This document shows positions 9,407-18,747 of a DNA stretch of 64,000 bases, piece by piece. Every line of letters starts with the position of its first letter. Within the stretch, counting starts at the first letter, position 1. The DNA is from Minisyncoccota bacterium (GTDB lineage: Bacteria > Patescibacteriota > Minisyncoccia > Phycocordibacterales > UBA9973). The DNA is taken from the NCBI GenBank assembly GCA_041659205.1, contig JBAZYS010000003.1:3266-67265 (forward strand), written 5' to 3'. A program made the position numbers and the translations under genes. The notes under the pieces are model-generated. The model had not been told where the DNA came from and did no database searches. It saw only the letters and a list, made by a program, of their open reading frames with translations.

Positions 9407-10414
9407 ATGCAACCAAAAATTATAGAGAAATATTTTTTCTTTGGGCTCTTAGCTGCTACTTTTATCTTTACTTTTCTAATTTTTCAGCCTTTTTGGATTG
9501 TGCTTGTTTTGGGTGTTTCATTCTCAATAATGCTTTATCCTGTCTATCAGTGGTTAAGTAGGAAGCATTTACCAAGCTGGCTAGCTGCTCTTATAACCTT
9601 AACTCTATTCATCTTAGTACTTTGTCTTCCACTTTTTGGAGTTATAACCATTGTCTTTAATCAATCTCAAGATCTTTATTATTCTATCGCAAACAATGGC
9701 AACACTTTCCCCTTAATAAGCTCAATTGGAAATAAAATAAATCATTTTTTGCCAAATGGAATATATTTTGACATAAATGAAAAAGTTTCTGGCTTTATTT
9801 CCTTCTTAACAAATAATTTGGCGAATATATTTAGTGCCACACTTTCTGTTTTGTTCTCTTTTGTTTTAATGCTCTTAACTATTTTCTATTTTTTGAAAGA
9901 TGGAGAAATGTGGAGAAAAGCATTATTAAAATTTAGTCCACTCTCCGACTCTGATGATGAAAAAATAATTGGCAGACTTTCACAGACAATTAATGAAGTG
10001 ATGAAAGGAACTCTTTTTATTGCTATCATTCAAGGCATATTGATGAGCATTGGCCTCACAATCTTCGGTGTCCAAAATGCAGCTATCTGGGGTGTAGTCG
10101 CAGCAATCACTTCCCTCATACCATCCGTAGGGACAGCGATGGTCTCTGTCCCGGCAATTATTTTCCTTTTCATGACTGGGCACATCGTCCCAGCCTTTGG
10201 TCTTACTATCTGGTCCACAATAGTGGTGGGCACAATAGACAATTTCCTAACTCCATATATCATTGGAAATAAAATTAAAATTCCTCCATTCTTGATTCTT
10301 TTTTCAGTTCTAGGTGGTATCGCCCTTCTTGGACCCGTTGGTATTTTAATTGGTCCCCTTGCAGTTAGTTTGCTATATACTCTAACTGAAATATACCAGA
10401 GCGAATTTAAATAA
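9407..10414 (+). CDS. AI-2E family transporter (PerM/YdiK-like permease)
   Basis: 335 aa, about 8 TM; conserved C-terminal region with TPYIIGNK...G...G.hGhhhGP pattern. Confidence 0.7.
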   Translation: MQPKIIEKYFFFGLLAATFIFTFLIFQPFWIVLVLGVSFSIMLYPVYQWLSRKHLPSWLAALITLTLFILVLCLPLFGVITIVFNQSQDLYYSIANNGNTFPLISSIGNKINHFLPNGIYFDINEKVSGFISFLTNNLANIFSATLSVLFSFVLMLLTIFYFLKDGEMWRKALLKFSPLSDSDDEKIIGRLSQTINEVMKGTLFIAIIQGILMSIGLTIFGVQNAAIWGVVAAITSLIPSVGTAMVSVPAIIFLFMTGHIVPAFGLTIWSTIVVGTIDNFLTPYIIGNKIKIPPFLILFSVLGGIALLGPVGILIGPLAVSLLYTLTEIYQSEFK

Positions 10415-10415
10415 A

Positions 10416-11813
10416 ATGGCTTTAAAATTCTACAATACTTTAACTAAAGAAAAGGATATCTTCTCCCCAATCGACCCAAAAGAAGTTCGAGTGTATACCT
10501 GCGGCCCAACGGTTTATAACTATACCCATATAGGTAATTTGCGTTCTTTCTTTTTTGCAGACTTGGTACGTCGCACTCTCCAATATAGTGGATTTAAAGT
10601 AAAGCAAGTAATGAATATTACTGACATAGGACACCTTTCTAGTGATGCTGATTCTGGTGAAGATAAAATGACAAAAGGACTTTTGAGAGAAGGAAAAGAA
10701 TTAACACTAAAAAATATGCGCGAGCTTGCAGAATTTTACACAGCAAGTTTTAAAAAAGATTTACAAGCCCTTAATATTGAAATGCCTTCAGGTTTATATT
10801 TTGCAAGTGACTATGTTAAAGAAGATATTGAATTAATCCATAAACTAACAGAAAAAGGATACACATATAAAACAAATGATGGGATATATTTCAATGTTTC
10901 TAAAATGCCTGACTATGGAGCACTTTGGGCTGGGAAAAGAGATTGGAATAAAGAAGGAGCAAGAGTAATAGAAAATTCTGAAAAAATAAATCCTGAAGAT
11001 TTCGCATTGTGGAAGACTGATAATAAAATCGGTTTCGAATCCCCTTTCGGAATTGGTTTTCCTGGTTGGCACATAGAATGCTCTGCGATGGGATTAAAAT
11101 TTCTTGGTGAACAATTCGATATTCACACAGGAGGCATTGATCTTATACCTACACATCATACAAATGAAATAGCTCAATCAGAATGCGCCACTGGTAAAAA
11201 GCCTTTTGTTAAATTCTGGATGCACAGTGAATTTGTTGATACGGGTAATGAGAAAATGTCTAAATCTACAAATAATTTTTTAAGATTGGATAGTTTAATT
11301 GAAAAAAATATAAATCCTATAACCTATCGTTTTTGGCTTTTAATGGCCAGCTATCGTACTAAAGTCAACTTTGTATGGGAAGCACTCGAGGGCGCAGAAA
11401 CAGCCTTAAAACGCCTTTATGCCCTTTATTTAGGCCTCGGAAATGAAGTTGGCCAGCCTGCGCAGTCAGGGCATGTCCACATGGAATACCAGAATAAGTT
11501 TAAAGAATACATGGAAGATGACCTAGATACCCCACGGGCGTTAGCATTATTGTGGGATGTTTTTAAAGATGGAAATATGTCTGATGCTGACAAGAAAGCT
11601 ACAATTTTAGACTTCGATAAAGTGTTAGGGTTAGGCTTCGAACACTTAAAGGAAGACGTAATTCCTGAAGAAGTAAATAAACTAGCCGAGGAACGCGAAC
11701 AAGCTCGCAAGGATAAAGATTTTAAAAAGTCCGATGAGCTTCGAGAAAAAATAAATTCTCTTGGCTATGAAGTTAAGGATACAAACATGGGGCAAAAGAT
11801 TTCTAAAATTTAA
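10416..11813 (+). CDS. cysS: Cysteinyl-tRNA synthetase
   Basis: 465 aa; CGPTVYNYTHIGNLR (HIGH region), zinc-binding Cys and KMSKS (EKMSKS). Confidence 0.9.
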   Translation: MALKFYNTLTKEKDIFSPIDPKEVRVYTCGPTVYNYTHIGNLRSFFFADLVRRTLQYSGFKVKQVMNITDIGHLSSDADSGEDKMTKGLLREGKELTLKNMRELAEFYTASFKKDLQALNIEMPSGLYFASDYVKEDIELIHKLTEKGYTYKTNDGIYFNVSKMPDYGALWAGKRDWNKEGARVIENSEKINPEDFALWKTDNKIGFESPFGIGFPGWHIECSAMGLKFLGEQFDIHTGGIDLIPTHHTNEIAQSECATGKKPFVKFWMHSEFVDTGNEKMSKSTNNFLRLDSLIEKNINPITYRFWLLMASYRTKVNFVWEALEGAETALKRLYALYLGLGNEVGQPAQSGHVHMEYQNKFKEYMEDDLDTPRALALLWDVFKDGNMSDADKKATILDFDKVLGLGFEHLKEDVIPEEVNKLAEEREQARKDKDFKKSDELREKINSLGYEVKDTNMGQKISKI

Positions 11814-12835
11814 AAAGGTTGTTGTTGAGTAATACAGTGCAACGCTCCACCACCATAAATAATATCTCGACAATCTGTGCCAATAATTTTATGATCTGGG
11901 AAACAAGATTTGATAATCTCAAAAGCTCTTTTATCATTTGCATCATTAAAGGTTGGAACCAATACAACTTTATTACTAATATAAAAATTAGCATATGATA
12001 CAGGAGCCTTAGTTCCATCATCATAATTCATATGGGGCATAGGTAACTTAATAATTTCAAAAGAAAGCTTGCTTAAAATTTCATAATTCTCTTTTAGGAT
12101 TTCATAATTTTCATCTAGCGTATCGTCTTCGTAACAAGTTAAAATTTTACCAGGTGCAACAAAACGGGTAATATCATCCACGTGCCCATCAGTATGGTCG
12201 TTAGTTAATCCTCGCTTAAGCCAAATTATTTTTTTTACACCAAAATATTTCTTCAAATTTTTTTCAATTTGTTCTTTAGTTAAATTTGGATTACGGTTTG
12301 AATTAAGCAAACATTGTTCTGTGGTAATCAAATTTCCCTGTCCATCTACTTCAATTGATCCACCTTCCAAAACCATTTTTAAATTGAATTTTTCCCCAAT
12401 AGGTGTAATTGAATTAAATACATCATTATCTTTAAGCAAATCAGCATAAAAAGGATCTGTGGCTTTACCGTAAGCGTTATATTCGGCTTTTATCCAAGCT
12501 AAAGAATTATCTATACCGTATAGAAACACAGGTCCATAGTCACGAATCCAAACATCCGCATAATTTGAAACATGAAAATTTACTTGGCTTAAATCTATCC
12601 TTAGATTAGAAAAAATATCCTTAACACGATTTTTTGTCTTTTCATCCAATACCAACAATTCAATTTTTTCAGTTTCAGTAAGTACTTTTATGATTTCACA
12701 ATATTTTTCCTCTACAATAGCGACACGTTTAGGAAAAGTAGTCTCATCATAAGGCCAGGCAAGCCAAGTAGCAGAATGTTTTTCCCATTCTGCCGGCATT
12801 ATAAAATTATTTTCTACTTGTTTACTACTTGGCAT
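11810..12835 (-). CDS. aguA: Agmatine deiminase (peptidyl-arginine deiminase-like family)
   Basis: 341 aa; MPAEWEKHSATWLAWP N-terminal signature and the C-terminal catalytic Cys region GGGALHCITQQ. Confidence 0.8.
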   Translation of the reverse strand: MPSSKQVENNFIMPAEWEKHSATWLAWPYDETTFPKRVAIVEEKYCEIIKVLTETEKIELLVLDEKTKNRVKDIFSNLRIDLSQVNFHVSNYADVWIRDYGPVFLYGIDNSLAWIKAEYNAYGKATDPFYADLLKDNDVFNSITPIGEKFNLKMVLEGGSIEVDGQGNLITTEQCLLNSNRNPNLTKEQIEKNLKKYFGVKKIIWLKRGLTNDHTDGHVDDITRFVAPGKILTCYEDDTLDENYEILKENYEILSKLSFEIIKLPMPHMNYDDGTKAPVSYANFYISNKVVLVPTFNDANDKRAFEIIKSCFPDHKIIGTDCRDIIYGGGALHCITQQQPF

Positions 12836-12838
12836 TTT

Positions 12839-13702
12839 TTAAATAAGTGAATTGTAGGAATCTCTGCGACGATTTCTCATAAAACCCCACTCTTTTTCTA
12901 TAATTTTATTACTAGTTATATCAATTTTAGAAATTAAAACTTCATCTTTTGACATTCCTGCCCTTTTAATTATTTTGCCAAAAGCATCGGAAATAAAGGA
13001 CTGTCCCCAAAATTTTAATTTATCCTCCACTCCTGTCCTATTTACAGCGACGACATGTAAACTATTCGCTATCGCATGCCCACGCATTACTGTCTCCCAT
13101 GCATTATGCCAATCTCCTTCTTTTTGTTGTTCTCCTTTTATAATTCCAATTGCAGTAGGATAAAAAATAATATCAGCTCCGGCAAGCTTTACTGCACGTG
13201 CTGCTTCTGGAAACCATTGATCATAACAAATAAGAACTGCGAAAATGGCGTATTTAGTCTTATAAATTTTGTACCCGCCATCACTTTCTTTAAAATAATT
13301 TTTCTCATAAAAAAGAGGGTCTTGAGGTATGTGAATCTTTCTGTAAGTTGGCATTAATTTTCCATCAGTATTTATTACCACCGCTGAGTTATGAAAATGC
13401 CCTATTTTATCTTTCTCAAAGATTGGTACAATGATTACCACTTCATATTTCTTTGCAATTAAAGAAAACATTTTAGTTGATTCACCTGGAATTGTTTCCG
13501 AAAAATCATCTTTTTTTGCATTTTTATATTGAGGAAAATATATGGTTCTATAAAGCTCTTGCAGGCAAATAATCTGGGCACCTTTTTTCGCTGCCTGTTC
13601 TACTAGTTTTACAGTCTTTAGCAGATTAAAATTCATGTCTTTAGACACGGAAGTTTGAATCGCAGCAATTGTAACAAATTTATTTTTCATTTTGTTGGTC
13701 AT
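12839..13702 (-). CDS. aguB: N-carbamoylputrescine amidase (carbon-nitrogen hydrolase / nitrilase superfamily)
   Basis: 287 aa; the E-K-C catalytic triad context (ICLQELY ... LICYDQWFPE) is typical of CN hydrolases; directly downstream of aguA. Confidence 0.75.
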   Translation of the reverse strand: MTNKMKNKFVTIAAIQTSVSKDMNFNLLKTVKLVEQAAKKGAQIICLQELYRTIYFPQYKNAKKDDFSETIPGESTKMFSLIAKKYEVVIIVPIFEKDKIGHFHNSAVVINTDGKLMPTYRKIHIPQDPLFYEKNYFKESDGGYKIYKTKYAIFAVLICYDQWFPEAARAVKLAGADIIFYPTAIGIIKGEQQKEGDWHNAWETVMRGHAIANSLHVVAVNRTGVEDKLKFWGQSFISDAFGKIIKRAGMSKDEVLISKIDITSNKIIEKEWGFMRNRRRDSYNSLI

Positions 13703-14321
13703 TGTTGAAATATAACATATTTACAATTATTTTACGATATAAGATAAAAATTATAATTACATTTACTATAACCAAATATAGACTAAAACTATAAATAGTA
13801 AAACTCCAATCCTTAATTATGAACAAGGCTAAAACATTATTTATAACACCCGGTAAATAAACTGATACTGTTTCGGTCTCTGGAAATTTCCAGGATTTTA
13901 CAATTGTTGGCACTGAGGCTAAACCATCACTCAAAATTGCAAAAAGGATAGATATTCCTAAATTGTGAGTAAGTGTATAAAGTACTAAAGCTAACAATGC
14001 AAATATTCCGCAAAATATATCTAAATTAGTAATTTTGAAATAAGCATTTTTTTTCCAAAAGGAAACGATTATTACCACAAGAGGACCAAATCCTGCCATA
14101 AATATAGGTAACACCGAGAGTCCTGCTCCAGCTTTTAATTGAAAGAATGCTCCGATAAAAGGAGCCAGCATCCAAATAAACCAAGAGACTAGATTGGGTC
14201 TAGTCTGTCCAAAAAGCATATCCTTTAAATAAAAGAAATATCCGAGTAGGCTTATAAGAATCGTAATGTAAATTATATTTTCGGGAATCATATTATTTAA
14301 TAAACCTCTTGTTGGTAACAC
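13680..14321 (-). CDS. Hypothetical polytopic membrane protein
   Basis: 213 aa with about 6 predicted TM helices; overlaps the stop of the upstream Cys-rich gene by 25 bp (operonic). Confidence 0.45.
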   Translation of the reverse strand: MLPTRGLLNNMIPENIIYITILISLLGYFFYLKDMLFGQTRPNLVSWFIWMLAPFIGAFFQLKAGAGLSVLPIFMAGFGPLVVIIVSFWKKNAYFKITNLDIFCGIFALLALVLYTLTHNLGISILFAILSDGLASVPTIVKSWKFPETETVSVYLPGVINNVLALFIIKDWSFTIYSFSLYLVIVNVIIIFILYRKIIVNMLYFNNDQQNEK

Positions 14322-16000
14322 TTCTCACAATACACTACTTCTGGTCGATCAGGGGCATAGGAGGTTCTAATTGATTTACCGCATTTCATACATTCGCGGT
14401 CATATAATTTTGGCATTTGAAGTTTCTCAAAACGAGACTGTTCTCTACATTTCAAACACCTATCAGGAAGTGGTATGTTCATCTTACGAAGAAGATCGAA
14501 TTCTAAGCCAGAAATTTTATATCTTCTATCACAATTTAGACAAGAAATCACTTCCTTTAAAATAGAATCATTTACCTCCGTAATGGTTTCTGGCAAAGTA
14601 CTACCAGAAATTGTTGCCTCAACCTGCTGTTCTATTTCGTCATTCCAAGAATACCCGCATTTTAATGCTTCTTCCTTTGTCTTGGTGAAGAATTTATGAG
14701 CATTAGAATTATTATAGGCGAATTTACTAAATCCTGGTTGAAAAAATTCTCCATAAGGCCAAGACCTACCCAATTCATCTATATACGGATTATTTTTCAT
14801 ATCTTCAATAATTTGTTCCTTTAGTTTTAAATATACTTCTTTTGTATATTGTTTATTTAAAATACTATAGCCTTTTCTTTTTAAACTTGAACAACCAAAA
14901 TTATTTTTTGATTCTATGCACCATAAACAATACTCGGAGTTCACCACATCAGGGAAACAATAGGTAGAAAATTTGGAATTACTAACATTGTTACCAAGGG
15001 CTGTTGATTCATAAATAAGTTCTGCTACATGACCCCAGCCAGAATAATCCATACAATCGGCTATTGGTGACACTGTTATAAATTGACACCATTTACTGTT
15101 TTCTGCCTTACTTGCAATATAAATTTCTTTTGAATTCTTAGAATTAAATACATACTCTCCAGTAACATTTAAATTTAAGGAATGCCCAGTATAAAATCTA
15201 TAAGGATGTTCCAACCAAAATTTTTCAGCTTCTTTTCTAACTTTTTTAATACCCGAACGTGTATCTAGTTTTAGTTCTTTTAATTTTTTAAAATATTCCT
15301 CTTTAGAATATTGAGCATTGAATATCTTATAAGAAGACCCACTCAAGTTCACACACCCAACACAATTCATGCATCCGTAACAATTGCGAGAAAACCACAC
15401 TTCCGTACAGGCATCACATTCTTGGGAATAAAAAACACGATAACAATCATTTTGTCCAATACTCTCATAGCAAAGCTCTGATTTAAATATTCTAAGCGAA
15501 TCAGCTGTATCCTTTACTGTATTTAGAAAAGAAGAGTTACAAACATTTTCACAATAATCTGCCCAAATTGTCATAATACAATTTTTTGAAAAGGCGAGCG
15601 AGTTGCTGTAATCACAATTATTTAATGTAAGATATTCAGTTTCAAGGGCAGTTTGTGGAGTTTTTTCTGTAAGTTCTTTTAATTGAGCTAAAAATGGCCT
15701 ATTGGGATCATAATCCATAGCGTATTCTGTTCCGTCCCAACTATCTCCCCACCAACAAGGCTGACAATAAACGGTGATTTTTTGTGAAGGTGAATATATA
15801 GAAAGTGTTCTTTTTCCACACTTATCGCAATTTCTATAAAAAAGAGACCAAGCGTTCATACAGGCTAAACGCCTAATCATCCTACACTCTCCACACCAAG
15901 TTGGCGGTGGAACTTTTATCTTTTCATAAAAATTAAAATCTTCGACTTCTATCGTGAAGTCTTTTTTGCAATTCTGGCAACTTTTTATTTCTGCTTTCAT
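14297..16000 (-). CDS. Cysteine-rich multi-zinc-ribbon protein, paralog A (novel family)
   Basis: 567 aa, about 40 Cys, no signal peptide; N-terminal CQNCKKDF...FYEKIKVPPP.WCGECR and C-terminal CLNCDRRYKI...KMNIPLPDRCLKCR share the same motif; two internal repeats each end in NC..C..C.GC... + Y.I.N.QYSKEEY..LK; C-terminal YCEKCYQQEVY. Confidence 0.7.
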   Translation of the reverse strand: MKAEIKSCQNCKKDFTIEVEDFNFYEKIKVPPPTWCGECRMIRRLACMNAWSLFYRNCDKCGKRTLSIYSPSQKITVYCQPCWWGDSWDGTEYAMDYDPNRPFLAQLKELTEKTPQTALETEYLTLNNCDYSNSLAFSKNCIMTIWADYCENVCNSSFLNTVKDTADSLRIFKSELCYESIGQNDCYRVFYSQECDACTEVWFSRNCYGCMNCVGCVNLSGSSYKIFNAQYSKEEYFKKLKELKLDTRSGIKKVRKEAEKFWLEHPYRFYTGHSLNLNVTGEYVFNSKNSKEIYIASKAENSKWCQFITVSPIADCMDYSGWGHVAELIYESTALGNNVSNSKFSTYCFPDVVNSEYCLWCIESKNNFGCSSLKRKGYSILNKQYTKEVYLKLKEQIIEDMKNNPYIDELGRSWPYGEFFQPGFSKFAYNNSNAHKFFTKTKEEALKCGYSWNDEIEQQVEATISGSTLPETITEVNDSILKEVISCLNCDRRYKISGLEFDLLRKMNIPLPDRCLKCREQSRFEKLQMPKLYDRECMKCGKSIRTSYAPDRPEVVYCEKCYQQEVY

Positions 16001-16026
16001 GTTCCCGGAAGTGAGTTTTTAGATTG

Positions 16027-16293
16027 TTAAATTTTCGACTCGTTTTTTATATACTCTATAATTCTTCTTCTAAACATTCTTCTTCCTGTGCTTGTTTTTA
16101 AATACTTTTCGCGACGTTTAGCATCATTTTCGTTTAAACAAGCTTCGTAATATATCAATTTCCATGGTATATATCTTTTAGTCGAAAAATTTAACCCTTG
16201 ATTATGTTCTTTCAACCTACGCTTAAGATCTTTTGTATAACCAAAGTATAACTCATTATATGTTTTACTTTCTAAACAATAAATATAGAACAT
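16027..16293 (-). CDS. GIY-YIG nuclease-superfamily small protein (YhbQ/UPF0213-like)
   Basis: 88 aa; FYIYCLE...LYFGYTKDLKRRLKEHN is the classic GIY-YIG signature. Confidence 0.7.
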   Translation of the reverse strand: MFYIYCLESKTYNELYFGYTKDLKRRLKEHNQGLNFSTKRYIPWKLIYYEACLNENDAKRREKYLKTSTGRRMFRRRIIEYIKNESKI

Positions 16294-16320
16294 AATTTAT
16301 CTAAAAATCTACTTCCGGGT

Positions 16321-17193
16321 TCATATCCCTTCTTTTTTCAACTCTTCCAAGAGTTCACGGGCTTTTTTAGAAATCTTACTAGGTATTTTTACTCTTATTC
16401 TTATGAGGAGGTTTCCAGTAGTTCCTCTCGAGGCCGCTTCCCCATAGCCTGTCATCTGAACAGTTTCTCCGTCTCTTATCCCGGCAGGAATATTTATTGA
16501 GACTTCTTCTTCACGACGAAGTACTCCTTTGCCTTTACATGTTTCGCATTTTTCTTTTGGCACTTCTCCTGCACCAAAACAAACTTCACAAGCTCTTGTG
16601 CTTCCAATGTTTCCAAAGATTGTTCTCTTTTGTTCGTGAATTTTACCTTGACCATTGCAATGTTTACAGGTTTCCATTTTAGAACCAGCTTTTGCCCCAG
16701 AGCCCTTACAAGTTAGACAAGTCGAGAGTTTAGTAAGTAAAATCTTCTTATTTACACCCAAGATAGAATCAGTAAGTAAAATTTGTATTTCAGTAGATAT
16801 GTCTCTGCCTCTTTTTGGCTGTGGCCTACCCCCACCCATGCCTCCACCACCTCCAAAAAAATCACTGAATATGTCATTCAAATTTCCGAAATCAAAATCA
16901 GCACTCTGATAAGCCCCTCCACCATTAAAATCAAAACCTCCGAAGCCTTGCGCACCTCCTCCATATCCGCCCGCTCCTGCACTTTCAAAGCCTGAACCAT
17001 ATTGGTCGTATTTTGAACGCTTAGCATCATCAGAAAGGACTTGATAAGCTTCATTCACTTTCTTAAACTCAACCTCATTACCTCCCTTTTTATCAGGGTG
17101 ATGTTTGTGCGCCAACTTATAAAAGGCCTTTTTAATTTCGTCTTTTGACGCACCTTTATTAACGCCTAAAATTTCATAATAATCCTTGCTCAT
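16321..17193 (-). CDS. dnaJ: Chaperone DnaJ (short form with truncated C-terminal domain)
   Basis: J domain with HPD (KLAHKHHPDK), G/F-rich linker, four CxxCxGxG zinc-finger repeats; 290 aa. Confidence 0.85.
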   Translation of the reverse strand: MSKDYYEILGVNKGASKDEIKKAFYKLAHKHHPDKKGGNEVEFKKVNEAYQVLSDDAKRSKYDQYGSGFESAGAGGYGGGAQGFGGFDFNGGGAYQSADFDFGNLNDIFSDFFGGGGGMGGGRPQPKRGRDISTEIQILLTDSILGVNKKILLTKLSTCLTCKGSGAKAGSKMETCKHCNGQGKIHEQKRTIFGNIGSTRACEVCFGAGEVPKEKCETCKGKGVLRREEEVSINIPAGIRDGETVQMTGYGEAASRGTTGNLLIRIRVKIPSKISKKARELLEELKKEGI

Positions 17194-17202
17194 AAAGAAA
17201 AA

Positions 17203-18723
17203 CTATATCATGGGCTCCCCTTCTTGGGAAGCATTTATTTCATCATTTTCATTATCATTTTTTTCTTGTTCTTTTCTTTTATTTCTTCCTTCAATTATTG
17301 CTTTTTCTTCTACGCTTCGAATAATTGTGGCTTCTTCTTCGGCAATAAGCTTCGCTGCATCGTCCTTCGGTATTGAATATTTTCTGCGGGATGCGTCTAT
17401 AATCTCTTGCCTATACGAAGGATGGGTAGGTGCTAATACTCGAAGAGTCTCTGCAGAAAATGGGTCATAAGATTCCCCATCAATTGTCATTTTTATGTAA
17501 AATTCTGCAACTGCAAGATTTATCATATCTTTTACGTCGAAAACAGGCGCGAATTCCGGCTTTAATTTTACAGCATCCTCACCTCCAACACGGAAACAAA
17601 TCACACTTCCGACATTTCCAAGCACAGCCTGATAAACTTTGGGTATAATCTGTCCCACATATTGATGAGCAATTGTTAAATTCAATCCATACTTTCTAGC
17701 TTCAGATAAAATATTTTCAAAGGTTTGGGTAACGACATTTTGGAACTCATCCACATATAGATAAAAATCGGTGCGGTCTTTCTCCGGTATTGCTGCGCGC
17801 TCCATTCCGGCTTGTTTTATTTTCGTCAAAAATATAGAACCAAGGAAAGAAGAATTTTCTTCACCGAGCCTACCCTTAGAAAGATTAATAAAAATTATTT
17901 TTCCTTCATTCATTAATTTACTAATATCTATTTTATTTTGTTTCTGGCCGAAAATATTTCGAAGCAGTGGGTCAGAGAGGAATTGACCAAGCTTATTAAC
18001 GAGCGGAATAATGGCATCTGTGTCGAATTTCTCAGACCAGTCAGCGAATTCAATAGCGAAGAATCTCTTCACCATGTCATCTGTAATGTACTCCACTACT
18101 TTCTGTCTGTAATTTCTATCAGTTAACATTGAAATCATCCCACGCATTGTGGCATGAGGATAATCCAGGAGTGCTAGACAAGTAAAACGAAAAACGTGTT
18201 CGAGACGAGGTGTCCAGTTTGCTCCGAATTGTTTCTGGAAAACTTCGATGAGCCCTTGAGTAAGTTGAAACTTAAACATTGGGTCAACATTTGCAAGTGG
18301 ATTAAAGGATGCGGGAAAATCGATATCTGCAGGGTCGATAATGCAAACATCTTCAATGCGTTCCTTCGGAATATAGTCGAGCATTGCATCTATCACGTCA
18401 CCGTGGGGGTCAATCAAACACAAGCCATGACCATACGACACATCTTGGCGTATGAAAAGTTCAAGAAGTTTTGTTTTACCGACGCCCGACTTGCCTATTA
18501 TGTATAAATGCCTTCGGCGGTCTACTCGCTTAATACCGAAAACAAATTTCTTTTCTTCCAGAGAAGCTACGTAGTTCGTTCGTCCAATAAAAGACACGTC
18601 TTCTGGCTTTACCTTTCCGAAGACTGGCAATTCTGGTGGCGGCGGAGCATATTTTATTATTTGTACTCGATTAGGCTTTGCCATATATTCCTTTATTTTA
18701 CTACAATTTTCCCCTACTTTCAA
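17203..18723 (-). CDS. Soluble FtsK/HerA-superfamily P-loop ATPase (VirD4/VirB4/HerA-like), paralog 1
   Basis: 506 aa; Walker A YIIGKSGVGKT; DPHGD 25 aa downstream; Walker B YLYVDEFQN; SEARKYGLNLTIAHQYVGQ motif; no TM segments. Confidence 0.65.
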   Translation of the reverse strand: MKVGENCSKIKEYMAKPNRVQIIKYAPPPPELPVFGKVKPEDVSFIGRTNYVASLEEKKFVFGIKRVDRRRHLYIIGKSGVGKTKLLELFIRQDVSYGHGLCLIDPHGDVIDAMLDYIPKERIEDVCIIDPADIDFPASFNPLANVDPMFKFQLTQGLIEVFQKQFGANWTPRLEHVFRFTCLALLDYPHATMRGMISMLTDRNYRQKVVEYITDDMVKRFFAIEFADWSEKFDTDAIIPLVNKLGQFLSDPLLRNIFGQKQNKIDISKLMNEGKIIFINLSKGRLGEENSSFLGSIFLTKIKQAGMERAAIPEKDRTDFYLYVDEFQNVVTQTFENILSEARKYGLNLTIAHQYVGQIIPKVYQAVLGNVGSVICFRVGGEDAVKLKPEFAPVFDVKDMINLAVAEFYIKMTIDGESYDPFSAETLRVLAPTHPSYRQEIIDASRRKYSIPKDDAAKLIAEEEATIIRSVEEKAIIEGRNKRKEQEKNDNENDEINASQEGEPMI

Positions 18724-18747
18724 TTCGGACGCAGGGCGTCCAAAACG

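Noticed and set aside
9051-9425. 124 aa plus-strand ORF antisense to rplU
   Set aside because: It overlaps the L21 gene on the opposite strand and its product has no coherent composition.
16800-16990. Simple-sequence repeats in dnaJ (G/F region), in the ATPase-2 tail (20460-20560) and in the surface protein (57100-57250) as possible independent repeat features
   Set aside because: These are ordinary low-complexity coding repeats (Gly/Phe, Pro/Thr, Asn/Thr linkers), not separate genetic elements.
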